Source: Selenomonadaceae bacterium
GTDB lineage: Bacteria; Vulcanimicrobiota; Xenobia; Xenobiales; JADMJV01
Assembly (NCBI GenBank): GCA_037189585.1
Contig: JBBCJA010000018.1
Span: forward strand, 887-64,886
Reading direction: 5' to 3'
Length of the DNA: 64,000 nt
Both the position numbers and the translations under genes were made by a program. Position 1 is the first letter of the stretch. Each line of letters starts with the position of its first letter. Of the stretch, positions 27,527 through 37,653 are shown piece after piece. A model generated the notes under the pieces. That model ran no database searches. It was not told the origin of the DNA and worked only from the letters and a program-made list of their open reading frames with translations.

Positions 27527-29797
27527 CTAGGGCTGTTCGATCAAACCCATCTCTCCATTGTATTGCGGGTAGTCCGCCGGAACACCGACCTTCACGTGAT
27601 TGGGGCCGGAGCAGAAGACTTCGTAGATCTCGTAGTCGCCGTTGTCACTCTTTCGCAGTTTGTAGGTCGAAGAGTAGGTGTCTTTCTCGGCGGCGGGGCA
27701 CTCAGGAATGGTCCTGAGGTAGTTTGGAGTCAGCTGGGTCATCGACTTGGGATAGGCTCCCGACCAATCGGTGGAATACATCTCCAAGGCCGTTCCGATA
27801 TTCTTCTGGTTCGACTTACAGGCCGTCAGTTGGCCCTGAGCCCTGGCCTTGGCGAAGTTGGGGACCATGATAGCCGCGCCAAAGCCCAACATCGGACCCG
27901 AACCGATCCCGTAGCATCGGTATTCCAGCCCATCCTGGCGGACGGCAAGCCCGGAAGCGCCTCGCAGACCGAGCTCTCGCAGCTTGTCCATCCCCGCCAA
28001 CAGAGCTGGCGCCCCCGGGTCATCTTTGGGGACAGCTTTTGTAATTGCCTCGAGCAGGGGGGTCAGGTCTAAAAAGTCAGCCTGAACCAAACTATCACCA
28101 CCCCACTCCAAGATCTTCCTCATCTCCGGCTGATCGGCTACCGAACCTTTGGAGACATCCGCCAAGGCTTTGCCTTGCGGACCATAATTGAAGAGCAGTC
28201 GAGCGGGAGCGTCGGTCTTCATCTTCAGGTCAGCCATAGGGATATCATAGACCTTCTCCTCTCCAGCCTTGGGCTCGGCTCCAGCATCCGGCAGGCCTTT
28301 GGCCAACAAGTTGTGGGCCAGGCCGATATCCTTGACCGGGGCGGCTACCACGAAAGAAGGCTGTGGTTCCGGCTCTTCATCATCTTCTGAAGAGCCTCTA
28401 GGAGGAGCCTGCAGACCTTCAGCCGAGGTGTAGGCTGGCAAGTTCTCCGCCCCGTGGTGTTGACCGATACAGGCTACCGAATAGCTGTCGGCGGTGTGCT
28501 GATAAGAGGTGGAATAGGTGTCGGAGCCAGCGCTCGGACAAAGAGGAATCGTCTTGAGATAGTTGGGGGTCAAGAGACCGACGTTGGTTGGATAGGCTCC
28601 CGACCAGTCGGTGGAATACATCTCCAAGGCTGTCCCCAGATTCTTGAGATTGGACTCACAGGCTGTCAACTGGCCCCGCGTGCGCGCCTTGCCGAAATTC
28701 GAAGTGACAACAGGACTGGTCTGCTCGATAAAGTCGCTCCCAACGGCGATCTCGCCGTCAAAGGCCGTCCATGGATTGCCGACAGCCATTAGACCCACCG
28801 AAGCCATAGCGGCCTGCTGTCGGGTCTCTGGACTCAGGGTCATGATGGCCACGACGGTGTTGAAGAACCACTCGGCATCGATGGCCTGACAGAAACTCAG
28901 CTCCTTGCCGATCCCTTCCAAGGTGGCTTTACTAACTCCACCCTTGACCAGAAGCTTCTGAGCGAGCTGGCTGTCATCTTGAGTCACCTTCAAAAATCCA
29001 TAGCTCTCCCGATCCTTGAAGTTGTAATTTCCGACCATGTAGCCCAGACAAGCCAGGCCTTTGAAGGTTCCCTCATCGGTTCCGGGCGGTTTCTGGACCT
29101 GAGCCGTCTTCACCAAGCTTGGGATATCCAGGTAGAAAGCGGCCAGAGAGCTGTCTCCGCCGACCTTACCTTTAGCTTCCACAAAGGTCTGAACTTTGTC
29201 CAGGCCCTCAGCTTGCGAGGCGGATTTGATAGCTAGCGCCGCGGCCTCGGAAGAATCTCCGAGATAGAGCCAGGACGAATCATGCCCGTAGTACTGACCC
29301 ATCGCATTAACGCGGAACGTCACATTCTCGATGGTCTCGGTTTTCTCGGACTTCGGCGCTTGGGAAGCGAGATACTTCTCCAGCCCGTCGGCGTCGCGTA
29401 GCCCGATCAAGCCGAGCATAGCCGGCTTTGGAGTATCAATTCCAGCGAAAGCCGCCCGACCGTCGAAGAACTTGACCAGATCGGCCAACGGGATACCGAG
29501 ATCTTTCTGAATATCCGCGGAAAGCTCTTCCCGCTTATCAGTCGGAACCTTAGCCAGCACATCCTTGATGTCGCTCTCGATGGCTTTCGGGTCCAACTGT
29601 CCCGACAGCTTGACCATCATGGCGAAGCGCGACTCCGCCGGAAGGTGTTTGGCCAGGTCGAAAGCCGAACCGCCAAGTCCAGCCAGGCCGGCTCCGCCCT
29701 TCTTAAAGAACCAGTAGCCTCCCCCCAGCACACCTAAAACAACTATGACGATGAGCGCCCATACCGCGGCGGCACCTCGACTCTGACAACGGGACAT
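27527..29797 (-). CDS. Secreted/anchored protein with two tandem pilin-like (post-prepilin-helix, DUF1559-like) domains
   Basis: Two copies of GQLTAC.SN.KN.GTALEMYSTDWSGAYP...LTPNYL.TIP.CP. N-terminal TM. GGAGG RBS at MSRCQ. Confidence 0.55.
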   Translation of the reverse strand: MSRCQSRGAAAVWALIVIVVLGVLGGGYWFFKKGGAGLAGLGGSAFDLAKHLPAESRFAMMVKLSGQLDPKAIESDIKDVLAKVPTDKREELSADIQKDLGIPLADLVKFFDGRAAFAGIDTPKPAMLGLIGLRDADGLEKYLASQAPKSEKTETIENVTFRVNAMGQYYGHDSSWLYLGDSSEAAALAIKSASQAEGLDKVQTFVEAKGKVGGDSSLAAFYLDIPSLVKTAQVQKPPGTDEGTFKGLACLGYMVGNYNFKDRESYGFLKVTQDDSQLAQKLLVKGGVSKATLEGIGKELSFCQAIDAEWFFNTVVAIMTLSPETRQQAAMASVGLMAVGNPWTAFDGEIAVGSDFIEQTSPVVTSNFGKARTRGQLTACESNLKNLGTALEMYSTDWSGAYPTNVGLLTPNYLKTIPLCPSAGSDTYSTSYQHTADSYSVACIGQHHGAENLPAYTSAEGLQAPPRGSSEDDEEPEPQPSFVVAAPVKDIGLAHNLLAKGLPDAGAEPKAGEEKVYDIPMADLKMKTDAPARLLFNYGPQGKALADVSKGSVADQPEMRKILEWGGDSLVQADFLDLTPLLEAITKAVPKDDPGAPALLAGMDKLRELGLRGASGLAVRQDGLEYRCYGIGSGPMLGFGAAIMVPNFAKARAQGQLTACKSNQKNIGTALEMYSTDWSGAYPKSMTQLTPNYLRTIPECPAAEKDTYSSTYKLRKSDNGDYEIYEVFCSGPNHVKVGVPADYPQYNGEMGLIEQP

Positions 29798-30028
29798 CGC
29801 TTCCCCCTCCATGCTAAATATGTTCTCTTGTATCACAAACCCAAGAAGCAAGATACCTATAGTAAAAAAATTAACGAAGCTTCCCTCACCAGGGAGAGCT
29901 TCCAGCGCGTCAAATCTTCTCTGACTGTGTCACGCAAGAAACGGCGTAAAAGAGCTCACCGAGCGCCCGTGGGAGAAGTTCCAGGGACGCTTGTCCCGGC
30001 TCCCTTCTCGACCCCGACGGAAGTTCGG

Positions 30029-31000
30029 ATGATTCGTTACAAGTGTACCGCCTTTCGCGAGGAGACCCTGGAGCCGGTCCGCCCCTCCGAACTGGTCACG
30101 GGAGACGACATCCTCTGGGTCGATGTCGACGGGTTGGCCGACGCCGAGGCCGTGGCCAAAATTGGAGAGAGATTCACCATCCATCATCTGGCCATGGAGG
30201 ATGTGCTCTACAGCCACCAGTCCAAAGCCGATGACTTCGGAAACCACTTGCAGATCTGCTTTCCCACGCTGGCTGAAGGCGAAGCCGCCACCGAGCCCAT
30301 CTCGATGTTCGTGGGACCTCATTTTGTCCTGACCTTCCAAGCCGGTATCCCGGGCGATCCCTTCGAGCCGGTTCGAACCCGTCTCAGAGAGTCGCGTGGC
30401 CAGATCCGAGAGCGCGGTAGCGACTATCTGGCCTATGCGTTGCTCGACGCCACCATCGATGCCTACTTTCCTCTAGTGGACTCCTGGTCGGACCAACTGT
30501 TGGAACTCGAGGGAGCGGTGATGGAGCAGCCAACCCCCGAACTCTGGGGCGAAATCTGCGGACTGCGCGCGAGGGTGTTGTCTCTACGCCGCACTTTAAG
30601 GCACTTCCGCGAGGCCATCGCCATCCTGGTCCGCTACGAGGGACCTTTAATTCAGCCGGATAACCGACCCTTCTATAGCGACCTTCACGACCATCTGATG
30701 GAGCTTGTCGATGCGCTCGACGGGTTACGAGAGACCTCGGGAGAGCTGATGGGAACCTTTCACGCTCGCCAATCCCAACGCACCAACGACATTATGCAGG
30801 TGCTTACCATCATCTCCACCATCTTTATCCCGCTCTCCTTCATCGCCGGTGTCTACGGAATGAACTTCGATCGGAATTCTCCTTACAACATGCCCGAGCT
30901 AGGCTGGACCTACGGATATCCCTTCGCTCTCGGCCTGATGGGGATGCTCGGCCTGACCTTTCTCGTCTACTTTTGGCGCAAGGGGTGGATAGGACGGTAA
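30029..31000 (+). CDS. corA: Magnesium/cobalt transporter CorA
   Basis: YGMNF (GMN) motif, two C-terminal TM helices, ~324 aa from MIRYK. Confidence 0.8.
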   Translation: MIRYKCTAFREETLEPVRPSELVTGDDILWVDVDGLADAEAVAKIGERFTIHHLAMEDVLYSHQSKADDFGNHLQICFPTLAEGEAATEPISMFVGPHFVLTFQAGIPGDPFEPVRTRLRESRGQIRERGSDYLAYALLDATIDAYFPLVDSWSDQLLELEGAVMEQPTPELWGEICGLRARVLSLRRTLRHFREAIAILVRYEGPLIQPDNRPFYSDLHDHLMELVDALDGLRETSGELMGTFHARQSQRTNDIMQVLTIISTIFIPLSFIAGVYGMNFDRNSPYNMPELGWTYGYPFALGLMGMLGLTFLVYFWRKGWIGR

Positions 31001-31082
31001 TCGCCACCTGGATGCGCCTTCGGTCGAAGGACTCCATTACCCTTAGTGGGCTAGAGTCACTGAAAAGCAGGAGATGGAGAGT

Positions 31083-31298
31083 ATGGAAAAGTTAAGCGAC
31101 GGCGCTATCGTGGAATGGTCTTGGGGAACCGGGGCCGAGATGGGTAAAGTACAACAGGGATTCACCGAGAAGGTCTCGCGCAACATCGACGGAGAGACGG
31201 TGACCCTGGAGGCGACTCCGGACGACCCTGTCTACCTGGTCGAGAAGCTAGATGGTAGTCAAGTGCTCAAAGTTCATTCCGAAATTCGGGTCGTGTGA
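31083..31298 (+). CDS. DUF2945 / Hva1-TUDOR-like small protein
   Basis: G.IVEWSWG.G...GKV pattern. AGGAG RBS 9 nt before the second ATG. Confidence 0.5.
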   Translation: MEKLSDGAIVEWSWGTGAEMGKVQQGFTEKVSRNIDGETVTLEATPDDPVYLVEKLDGSQVLKVHSEIRVV

Positions 31299-31378
31299 CG
31301 AATCAAGGCTATTGGTATACCCCCTAAGGATACGCCGGTTCACTTCTCCAGGAAGACGCTTGGTGGAATACTTCGTGC

Positions 31379-33244
31379 ATGGCAACCCCCACAAAAACCA
31401 AGGCGAAATCCAAAAAAACCAGGACCTCAAAATCTTCCAACGGAACAGCTTCCCAAGGCCGGGCGAAAGCGAAAGCCAAGCCCAAAACAAAATCTCTCAC
31501 GACCCAGGCGGCGAGCGAGCCGAATTTACCCGGAATGGGGTCTTTAGTTCATCCTGAAGGGGTGGGCTTCCGTGTCTGGGGGGCCAACGCCGAGCGGGTC
31601 GAGGTGATGGGAGACTTCGACGAATGGCGGGGACAGGACCTCATCCATGAAGGAAACGGCTACTGGTATGGCTTCATCCCCGAGGCGAAAGTCGGTCAGC
31701 AGTATCTCTACCGGCTAAGTCACGGCGAGAGTCAGGTCACCCGCATCGATCCCTATGCTCGCAACCTGACCAACTCGGTCGGCAACGGGATCATCTATGA
31801 CCCCGAAGCTTTCGACTGGGAAGGCGATCAACGCCTACAGATGGACCGTCGCGATCTGGTCATCTACGAGATGCATCTGGGCACCTTCGCCGGCTCCTTC
31901 GCCGAGGCGGCCGAGCGGCTTCGCTACTTGGAGGCGTTAGGGGTCAATGCTATCGAGTTGATGCCGGTGACGGAATTTCCCGGCGACCTTTCCTGGGGCT
32001 ACAACCCCGCCCACCTTTTCGCCGTGGAGATGAGCTACGGCGGTCCCGACGGGCTCAAGCTTTTCGTCAAAGAGGCCCATCGCCGCGGCATAGCGGTGAT
32101 TCTCGACGTGGTTTACAACCATCTTGGGCCCGACGACCTCGATCTGTGGAACTGGGACGGCTCCGATCCGGAAGGTAGAGGCCCCTATTTCTATCCCGAC
32201 GATCGCGCCGAGACCCCCTGGGGGCACACGCGCCCGAACTATGAAAAGCCCGAGGTACGCCAATTCCTGCGCGACAACGCGCTGATGTGGCTCAACGAGT
32301 ATCATCTGGATGGACTGCGGTGCGACGCCACCGTCTACATCCGCCGTAGCCGAGCCGAGCATGAAGGCGGCTGCGACCTGCCCGAGGGGTGGAGCCTGAT
32401 GCAGTGGATCAACTCCGAGTTGCAGGCCATGGAGCCTCGTCCCATCACCATCGCCGAGGACCTGCAGAACAACGACTGGCTGACCAAACCGGTGGAGCAA
32501 GGAGGGAGCGGATACGACGCGCAGTGGGACCATCGTCTGGCCGGCCCTTTGCGGGAGATGCTGACCGACCCGAGCGACGACGCTCGTAGCGCCACTCGCC
32601 TGGCCCAGGTGCTGGAACAGTGCTACAACGGAGACGCTTACCAGTCGGTCATCTTCACCGAAAGTCACGATGAAGTGGCCAACGGAAAAGCCCGAGTTCC
32701 ACAAGAGATCGATCCCGACAACCCCACCAGCTTTTGGGCCCGCGCGCGTTCGTCCTTGGGCGCCTTCGTGGTGTTGACAGCACCGGGTATTCCGATGATT
32801 TTCCAGGGTCAGGAGCGTTTCGAGGACGGATGGTTCCGGGACGACCGGCCTTTAGATTGGTCTCCCAAAGGACGAGACCGTGACATTCTCCATCTTTATC
32901 ACGAGCTGATCCTTCTGCGCACCGGACGAGAACCCGGTGCCCCGGGGCTCAATCGCCACGGACTCGAGATCGTGGGACTGCATGAAGAGCAGGGCTGGCT
33001 GGCCTACCGTCGCTTCGACTATCACTCGGGCCATCCCGGAAGCCTGGTTCTCGTCTCGCTCAAGTGCACGTCCGTGGAAGTGGCTCTGGAGGGTCTGACT
33101 GACGGCCTTCTAGTCCCCCGCTTCTCCTCGGGCTCGGCCCTGCGCGAGGAAGACGTCCCCGAACCGGAACCGGTTCAGGTGGAGAACGGAGCTTTTCGAG
33201 CGCCTCTTCCCGGCTACTCGGTCTCTGTCTACTCCTGGGAATAA
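31379..33244 (+). CDS. GH13 alpha-glucan-active enzyme (malto-oligosyltrehalose trehalohydrolase TreZ-like / short GlgB-like) with Lys-rich N-terminal tail
   Basis: GFRVWGANAERVEV (CBM48-like), YEMHLGTF, ELMPVTEFPGDLSWGYNP, HLDGLRCDA, FTESHDE. Confidence 0.65.
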   Translation: MATPTKTKAKSKKTRTSKSSNGTASQGRAKAKAKPKTKSLTTQAASEPNLPGMGSLVHPEGVGFRVWGANAERVEVMGDFDEWRGQDLIHEGNGYWYGFIPEAKVGQQYLYRLSHGESQVTRIDPYARNLTNSVGNGIIYDPEAFDWEGDQRLQMDRRDLVIYEMHLGTFAGSFAEAAERLRYLEALGVNAIELMPVTEFPGDLSWGYNPAHLFAVEMSYGGPDGLKLFVKEAHRRGIAVILDVVYNHLGPDDLDLWNWDGSDPEGRGPYFYPDDRAETPWGHTRPNYEKPEVRQFLRDNALMWLNEYHLDGLRCDATVYIRRSRAEHEGGCDLPEGWSLMQWINSELQAMEPRPITIAEDLQNNDWLTKPVEQGGSGYDAQWDHRLAGPLREMLTDPSDDARSATRLAQVLEQCYNGDAYQSVIFTESHDEVANGKARVPQEIDPDNPTSFWARARSSLGAFVVLTAPGIPMIFQGQERFEDGWFRDDRPLDWSPKGRDRDILHLYHELILLRTGREPGAPGLNRHGLEIVGLHEEQGWLAYRRFDYHSGHPGSLVLVSLKCTSVEVALEGLTDGLLVPRFSSGSALREEDVPEPEPVQVENGAFRAPLPGYSVSVYSWE

Positions 33245-33265
33245 GTGGGACCACTACGGCTCCAG

Positions 33266-33349
33266 GATCAGAAAATTTTGGATTCCTGTCCAAAGTTCTG
33301 GGATCGGCAAGCCATTTTAGGATCAAAAATTCGGGATTCCTGTCCAAAT
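33266..33349 (+). repeat. Two tandem copies of a 28-nt motif GATCA(G/A)AAAATTYKGG-WTYC-TGTCCAAA (third copy at 62475..62503)
   Basis: Direct sequence comparison. Confidence 0.6.
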
Positions 33350-33359
33350 TCTAAAAAAG

Positions 33360-33392
33360 CGAGCCCTCGTCCTTAGGGTCGAGGGCTCGCCT
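33360..33392. terminator. Bidirectional hairpin terminator between convergent GH13 and lon
   Basis: GCGAGCCCTCG-(10)-CGAGGGCTCGC with T-runs on both sides. Confidence 0.6.
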
Positions 33393-33418
33393 TTTAGGGT
33401 CTCAGGCTCCGCTCCGTC

Positions 33419-35803
33419 TTAAGTCGCCGCTTTCTCGGGCTTGAGCACCTTGGCCTCGCGCGCCACTGCCCCCAAGCGCTTGGAGACGTCCGGTAGCGCC
33501 ACCGCCAGGACCTGCTCGATGTGCTCGGCCAGCACGAACTCCATCTCATCGCGGGCCGACTGCGGCAGCTTCCTCAAGTCCTTCTCGTTGAGGGCCGGCA
33601 GGATGACCTTGGTCACACCTTGTCGACGCGCGGCCAGGACCTTCTCCTTGATACCGCCCACCGGCAAGACCAGTCCGGCCAGGGTTACCTCACCCGTCAT
33701 CGCCACGTCGTGGCGTACCGGAATATTGGTGTAGGCCGAGGCCAAAGCCGTAACCATCGTCACACCCGCCGAGGGCCCATCTTTAGGAATGGCGCCCGCC
33801 GGGACGTGCACGTGCAGTCCTCCCTCGGAGACGGTCTCTTTGGAGAGTCCGAACTCCTCGGCTCGGTTGAGGATGATGGACTGGGCGGCCTTGACCGACT
33901 CGCTCATCACCTCTCCCAACTGACCGGTCACGGTCAAACCTTTGCCCGAGGGGATACGAAGCGCCTCCACGTAGAGCACGTCTCCGCCCACCGGGGTCCA
34001 AGCTAGACCCGTGGCCACTCCCACCGCGTCGTGGTCGCGCGCCTTGTCCTTAACGATGCGGTCCGGCCCCAGAAGCTCTTGAACCAGCTCCTCATCGACC
34101 GTCACCGGTCCTTGCTCTCCCTTCTCCAGGTAGCGAAGGGCTAGTTTCCGGCTCAGTTTGCCCAGAGCCCGCTCCAACGAGCGCACCCCGGCTTCCCGAG
34201 TGTAGGAACGAATCAGCTCAGACAAAGCCTCATCCGTGACCGTGACCAGCTCCTCCTTAAGGCCCGCTTGTTCCAACTGACGTGGAGCCAGATAGCGACG
34301 AGCGATGGAGAACTTCTCCTCCTCGGAGTAGCCGGAGAGACGGATGATCTCCATACGGTCCAACAGCGGAGCGGGGATTCCGTCGGTCGTATTGGCCGTT
34401 AAGATAAACATCGTCTTGGAGAGGTCAAACGGCAGGTCCAGATAGTTGTCCCGGAACTTGTCGTTTTGAGCCGGGTCGACCACTTCCAAGAGAGCCGCGG
34501 CCGGGTCTCCTCGGAAGCCTCGCCCCAACTTGTCCACCTCGTCAAGCATCAGTACGGGGTTCTTGGTTCCCGCTCTTCTCAAGGCCGTGATCAGACGCCC
34601 GGGAAGGGCGCCCACGTAGGTGCGGCGGTGTCCGCGAAGCTCGGCTTCGTCGGAGAGTCCGCCCAGGGCTACCCGCTCGAACTTGCGTCCGATGGCACGC
34701 GCGATGGACTGGCCCAGGCTGGTCTTACCCACACCGGGCGGACCGACGAAGAGCAGAATGGGAGACTTGGCTTCGGCGTTGAGACGCATCACCGCCAGGT
34801 GCTCCAAGATCCTCTCTTTGATCTCCTCGAGACCATGGTGGTCCTCGTCAAGAACCTGGCGCGCCTCGGGCAGCTCGAACTCGTCCGGCGTGGTAGAGTT
34901 CCAAGGAAGGTCCAGCGCCAGCTCCACGTAGCCACGGGTGATCTGGTAGTCAGGAGAGGAGGGGTTCGCCCGCTCGAGACGGTCGATCTCTTTCTTGAGC
35001 TCTTTACGAACCTCGTCGGTGAGCTCCAACTCCTCGAGCCGCTTACGGAACTGCTCGACCTCCTCGGCCTCTCCGCCCTCTTCTCCTAGCTCTTCTCGGA
35101 TCGAGCGAAGTTGGCGTCGCAGGATGTGTTCGCGTTGCTCCTGGTCCAGCTTTTCCTTGGTGTTGGAGCTGATCTCCTGACGGAGCTCGGCTACCTCGAG
35201 CTCGTAGCGCAAGAGCTCGAGCGCGGTCGACAGCACTGCGGCGCGAGATGACGCCTCTAACACGCGCTGGCTCTTCTCGATGGTAAGGCCTGCGGCCGGA
35301 GCCAGGAAGTAAGCCAGCTGCAAAGGCTCGGAAAGGTGAGTGGTCAGAGGCATCAGATTCTGCCCGTGAGGGCCAGCCAGTTGCAAGAACTTCTGGGCTA
35401 CTCCCTGCAATTCACGATGGAGCGCCTCGACTTCCGTGCCTTCGTCGGTCATCGGAGGCAGAACTTCAACTTCAGCGTGTCGATACTTGCCGTTGTCAGT
35501 GGTTCTGGTATCCATGGCTAAAAGCTTAGCTCGACCGATACCGGTCATCAGAACCTCCATCCGGCGGCCCTGCTGATAAATCTTCTGTATACGCACCAGG
35601 GTGCCCACCCGGTACAGTTGGTCGATGCTGGGATTCTCCAGCACGGGGTCTTTCTGCGTGACGACGAAGAGTGTGCTCTCCTCGGACTCGGTCGCCACGC
35701 GAACAGCTTCTTGGGAGGTGTCCCTGGCTACCGTGATCGGCATCATCGCGTAGGGAAACATCACGGCGTTTCGCAGGGTCACCATAGGATAGGTGGCGTT
35801 CAA
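33419..35803 (-). CDS. lon: ATP-dependent Lon protease (LonA)
   Basis: GPPGVGKTSLGQSIA Walker A, DGPSAGVTMVTAL catalytic Ser region, N-domain. Confidence 0.95.
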   Translation of the reverse strand: MNATYPMVTLRNAVMFPYAMMPITVARDTSQEAVRVATESEESTLFVVTQKDPVLENPSIDQLYRVGTLVRIQKIYQQGRRMEVLMTGIGRAKLLAMDTRTTDNGKYRHAEVEVLPPMTDEGTEVEALHRELQGVAQKFLQLAGPHGQNLMPLTTHLSEPLQLAYFLAPAAGLTIEKSQRVLEASSRAAVLSTALELLRYELEVAELRQEISSNTKEKLDQEQREHILRRQLRSIREELGEEGGEAEEVEQFRKRLEELELTDEVRKELKKEIDRLERANPSSPDYQITRGYVELALDLPWNSTTPDEFELPEARQVLDEDHHGLEEIKERILEHLAVMRLNAEAKSPILLFVGPPGVGKTSLGQSIARAIGRKFERVALGGLSDEAELRGHRRTYVGALPGRLITALRRAGTKNPVLMLDEVDKLGRGFRGDPAAALLEVVDPAQNDKFRDNYLDLPFDLSKTMFILTANTTDGIPAPLLDRMEIIRLSGYSEEEKFSIARRYLAPRQLEQAGLKEELVTVTDEALSELIRSYTREAGVRSLERALGKLSRKLALRYLEKGEQGPVTVDEELVQELLGPDRIVKDKARDHDAVGVATGLAWTPVGGDVLYVEALRIPSGKGLTVTGQLGEVMSESVKAAQSIILNRAEEFGLSKETVSEGGLHVHVPAGAIPKDGPSAGVTMVTALASAYTNIPVRHDVAMTGEVTLAGLVLPVGGIKEKVLAARRQGVTKVILPALNEKDLRKLPQSARDEMEFVLAEHIEQVLAVALPDVSKRLGAVAREAKVLKPEKAAT

Positions 35804-36046
35804 ATTCTTAAGACCTCTTTCTATGGCCCTTTGGGGATCGGTCCCTGGGCCTTGATGGCAAGAATAAATGACCGACCGGTTTGGATGCAGTGGCAGGGCG
35901 TTAGATTTCTGTTAGCGGCGGCGTGTTCAGAAAAGACATGAGATTGTACAAGTCGCGGCCACAGGTCAGCGCCGCGCATGCTTTCCCTGATACGCTTTTG
36001 CAACAGGTCGTAACAGCGGCCTTAGTTAGAGTTAGGAGAGCTACTG

Positions 36047-36361
36047 ATGGGGACCTTTGAGAAAATTACGAATCGAATTTTTCCTCCAACTCCTCCTCCC
36101 CAATTCGTCGAAACTCATCTGCAGTTCCGCCGAAACGATAGCTCAAATTTCAAACTCGAGGCCGACACTCTAGAGAAGTATCACACTCACTCCAGGAAGG
36201 AAGAGGATGTCCGTCACATGGCCCGTGTCGTTGATAGCTATCAACACGTCATTTCCCTTGACGGAGATACCAGCGATCTTGATCCACGTGCCGGTCATGT
36301 CGTCTCCGCGGCGACTAATGAAGAATACCACTCGATACCGGCCAGATCGGAGACTAACTAG
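36047..36361 (+). CDS. Hypothetical protein (weak call)
   Basis: ORF only. Confidence 0.2.
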   Translation: MGTFEKITNRIFPPTPPPQFVETHLQFRRNDSSNFKLEADTLEKYHTHSRKEEDVRHMARVVDSYQHVISLDGDTSDLDPRAGHVVSAATNEEYHSIPARSETN

Positions 36362-37403
36362 GCCTGGAGGCCGAAGTCGCGGAGCGCCACTCTCCGGGAG
36401 ATGAGCCTTCCCACTTGTGAAAGGCTCGAGAAAAGGAGTTGGGATCCTCATAGCCCACGAGGTAGGCGACCTCGTGGATGTCCAGCGGAGAGTGAAGGAG
36501 GTAGTGGTGGGCCAACTCACGGCGCGCCTCCTCGAGAAGATGACGGTAGGTGTGGCCTTCCTCGATGAGGCGGCGCTGCAGCGTGCGAGGGCTGGTTCGC
36601 AGCTCCTGAGCCACGTCCTCGAGTTGAGGGCGCCGACCCGCGGCGAGGGTCTTGATCGCGGCTTTGACTTGACTTCCCAAAGAGCTGTCTTCCCACTGTT
36701 GGGACAGCTCTTTTTCGAGTTGAGGCGCCACCATCTCCAGCAAGTCGGGATTGTAGCTTAAGAAGGGGCGGTCCAAATCCTCGCTCAAGAAGACCATCAC
36801 GTTTCTATCCCTATCAAAACGGACCGGACAGCCGAAGTGCCTCTCGTAGGTCTCTCCATAAGCTTCGGACCGAGCGAGGTCGAGTCGGAGGGGACGAACA
36901 TCCCTGCCGGTTCCCCGACGTACGATCGTCAATAACCAGGAAAAACAGACGTCGACTTGGGTGGGCGGCGCCTCTTCGTCGACAAGAAGCCAGAGGAAGT
37001 CCACGAAGCTTTCATCACCGTGCTGCTCAACCCTGATCTCCTGAGGTCCGGTGAGGCGCTTGAAGCGCGAGATACGCTCTAGCGCATCTCGAAAGGAGTG
37101 AGAGTAGAGCGCCGTGATCGACACGGGGTCGTAGCGCTCGACCCGCTGCTCGCTGCCGAGTTTCAAACCGATGGTGGGGTCGCCACTGACGTCGCGAACC
37201 GCGTTGAAGAAGGCGAATCTCTCCTCGGTGGTCATCCAGATCTTGCCCTGGTCGAGAAAGCCGGCTGGAAGTCCGGCCCGACGTAAGACCGCGGCAGTCG
37301 AGACCTTCAAGTCGCGAAGTTGAGCCGCGAGGATGCTAGGCATCCGAAAGCGGGTGGCCTTGAACTGCTCACGCGAGCCTTGAAGGTCTGTCTTCTTGCC
37401 CAT
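36354..37403 (-). CDS. AraC-family transcriptional regulator
   Basis: C-terminal HTH (DVAQELRTSPRTLQRRL...YLVGYEDPNSFSRAF). AAAGGAG RBS at MGKKTD. Confidence 0.8.
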   Translation of the reverse strand: MGKKTDLQGSREQFKATRFRMPSILAAQLRDLKVSTAAVLRRAGLPAGFLDQGKIWMTTEERFAFFNAVRDVSGDPTIGLKLGSEQRVERYDPVSITALYSHSFRDALERISRFKRLTGPQEIRVEQHGDESFVDFLWLLVDEEAPPTQVDVCFSWLLTIVRRGTGRDVRPLRLDLARSEAYGETYERHFGCPVRFDRDRNVMVFLSEDLDRPFLSYNPDLLEMVAPQLEKELSQQWEDSSLGSQVKAAIKTLAAGRRPQLEDVAQELRTSPRTLQRRLIEEGHTYRHLLEEARRELAHHYLLHSPLDIHEVAYLVGYEDPNSFSRAFHKWEGSSPGEWRSATSASRPS

Positions 37404-37653
37404 GTCACTACTCCTTTGACCATCCTGGAGAAGATCATCTCCACCAAGTCGCACTGATTCTACCCCACCTAAGTCTAGAGGCTACTCACGCCATCTAGTC
37501 TTTCGGAAAGCGCCAACGGTCTAGCTCTTCACGCCAAATCCTTGACGTATCCCGCTAGAACATTGGCGCTCTCGGAATTCCATCCTGAAGGATACCGCGC
37601 TTAGAATCGAGCCATGTCCAGGAACTCTTCTCGAAGACATCGGAAGGAGAACA

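Noticed and set aside
26683-27717. 344-aa Arg-rich ORF overlapping the U32 gene, and many similar R/P/G-rich overlapping ORFs (e.g. 1243..1671, 24168..24677, 60437..60904, 60977..61594)
   Set aside because: Typical alternate-frame artefacts of high-GC coding DNA. Compositionally extreme. Embedded in well-supported genes.
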